From the NCBI GenBank assembly GCA_004431415.1, contig QPMI01000711.1:1-30184 (forward strand): DNA of 30,184 nt, read 5' to 3'. This document shows positions 29,201 through 30,184 of the stretch, in pieces; position 1 is the stretch's first letter, and each line of letters begins with the position of its first letter. The DNA comes from Cyanophora paradoxa CCMP329 (Eukaryota > Plantae > Glaucophyta). Made by a program: the position numbers and the translations under genes. Under the pieces are notes generated by a model. It was given only the letters and a program-made list of their open reading frames with translations, did not search any database and was not told the DNA's origin.

Positions 29201-29869
29201 CCCCTGCCTCCTCCCCTCGTCGGTCCCGCGCGCTGAGCGCCGGGGCGGCAGCGCGGTGGTGCGGGCGCTCTTCCCCCACGCGCCCCACGTCCGCGACCGC
29301 CGCCGCCGCGCCGAGGCGCCCCGCGGTCCGCCCCCGCTCCCTCCGCTCCCCTCCGCTCCCCTCCGCTGAGCGGAGCGCTGCAGACGGGTCGGACGTGGCG
29401 GCGTCGATCGTGGCGGGGAGGGGCGGGGCGGCGGGGGCGGGGCCGAGCCTCGCGGAGGCGCTCGACTCGCTGATGACGACGGAGACGCGGGACCGCCTCT
29501 ACGGCATCGTCCTCGAGCGCATCCACAAGCGCCACGCCGCCTCCCCGCACCGCCCGCCCTCGCCCCGCAGCCGCCCCCGCCCCAGCCCCGGCCGCCGCCT
29601 CCCCCGCCCCGCACGGGGCGGCGCAGCGCGGGCGGCGGGCGTCGAGCGCGGGGCGGGAGCGCCGGTCGCCGCTGCCGGCGACGCTCTCCTCGGCGCTCTC
29701 GCACGCGCAGTCGGCGGCGCTGGCGCACGCGCAGGCGGCGGGGGCGGGGGCGGCGGACGGGTCGGGGCTGGGCCCGGCGGGCCCGGGGCAGCCGTTCAAC
29801 ATGGAGGTCGTGCGCCTCAACCTGCGCCGCGTCCTCGAGCAGCAGGCCGCCGCCGTCGAGCTCGACTAG
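26290..29869 (+). CDS. Multi-exon protein of unknown function with globular-looking blocks
   Basis: MPSSGRRKERDASPEA| (intron 26339-26533) ... VDINYNNPEVLKVIQTEYVTRFLDSL ... FPWHLLLERL...LVEFLYFAFL ... LFRLPVLLTCLRAAVSVLFERKYPKW|FALG...LLDPDRYLLHLSPLE ... IYSTS|AVVRALFP ... VELD* (TAG 29867-29869). Family not recognised. Confidence 0.7.
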
Positions 29870-30184
29870 CCGAGCTGCACGCCTCCCCGCCCCACCCCTC
29901 CCTCCCGATCCCCGCACCCCCGCCCCGCTTCTCGATCCTCCATCAGTAGGATTCAAGAACGGCTGCGCTGCTAGCCTGTTCGACTGCTTATCTTCCAGTA
30001 CTCCATCTTAGCTTCATTGAATTCCAAGCTTATCTCGTATATCTAAAGTAGTTAAACTGAATAGCTATGAAAAGCATCCTCAGAAACGGAAAGCACAAAC
30101 ATGAAAGAAAATCACAAAGAATAAATGGGATCATCGTGGCATGATCACAAAGAGCTTCAAAAGAGGCGCGGAGCATCGATGATA

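Noticed and set aside
29945-30184. AT-richer right end as a second foreign insertion
   Set aside because: It retains CpGs, resembles other 3'/intergenic tracts here, has no recognisable ORF, and is too short to judge.

Overview
Eukaryotic, very GC-rich, intron-dense DNA from a flagellated alga with a primary plastid. The host is most likely a glaucophyte such as Cyanophora. This is an inference from the SufD transit peptide, which begins MASQAF (early Phe, no signal peptide), alongside several cilium/basal-body genes that red algae lack. Most long ORFs in the supplied track are GC shadow ORFs; the real genes are split by introns of mostly about 55-90 nt. Ten host genes were reconstructed by hand: the 3' part of a possible polycystin-2-like channel, a coiled-coil protein, CCDC148, a DUF4062/NACHT/TPR (NPHP3-like) protein, a hidden 66-aa NDUFA1-like gene, plastid SufD, a C2+NPF protein, an Sfi1-repeat protein, an STPG/ODF3-like protein and an unidentified protein. 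Eight of them form four head-to-head pairs. The first ~1.1 kb is foreign: AT-rich, intronless and CpG-free over ~760 bp. It encodes a virus-type fibre C-terminus and a prokaryote/virus-type S-adenosylmethionine decarboxylase, and ends in two long hairpins plus degenerate direct repeats. It looks like the end of an endogenous DNA virus (virophage/Polinton-like or giant-virus fragment) lodged in a host intron. Host splicing signals are unusual: frequent GC donors, a G(T/C)NCGC donor consensus and CTGAG-type branch sites. All family calls come from recalled motifs, not database searches.
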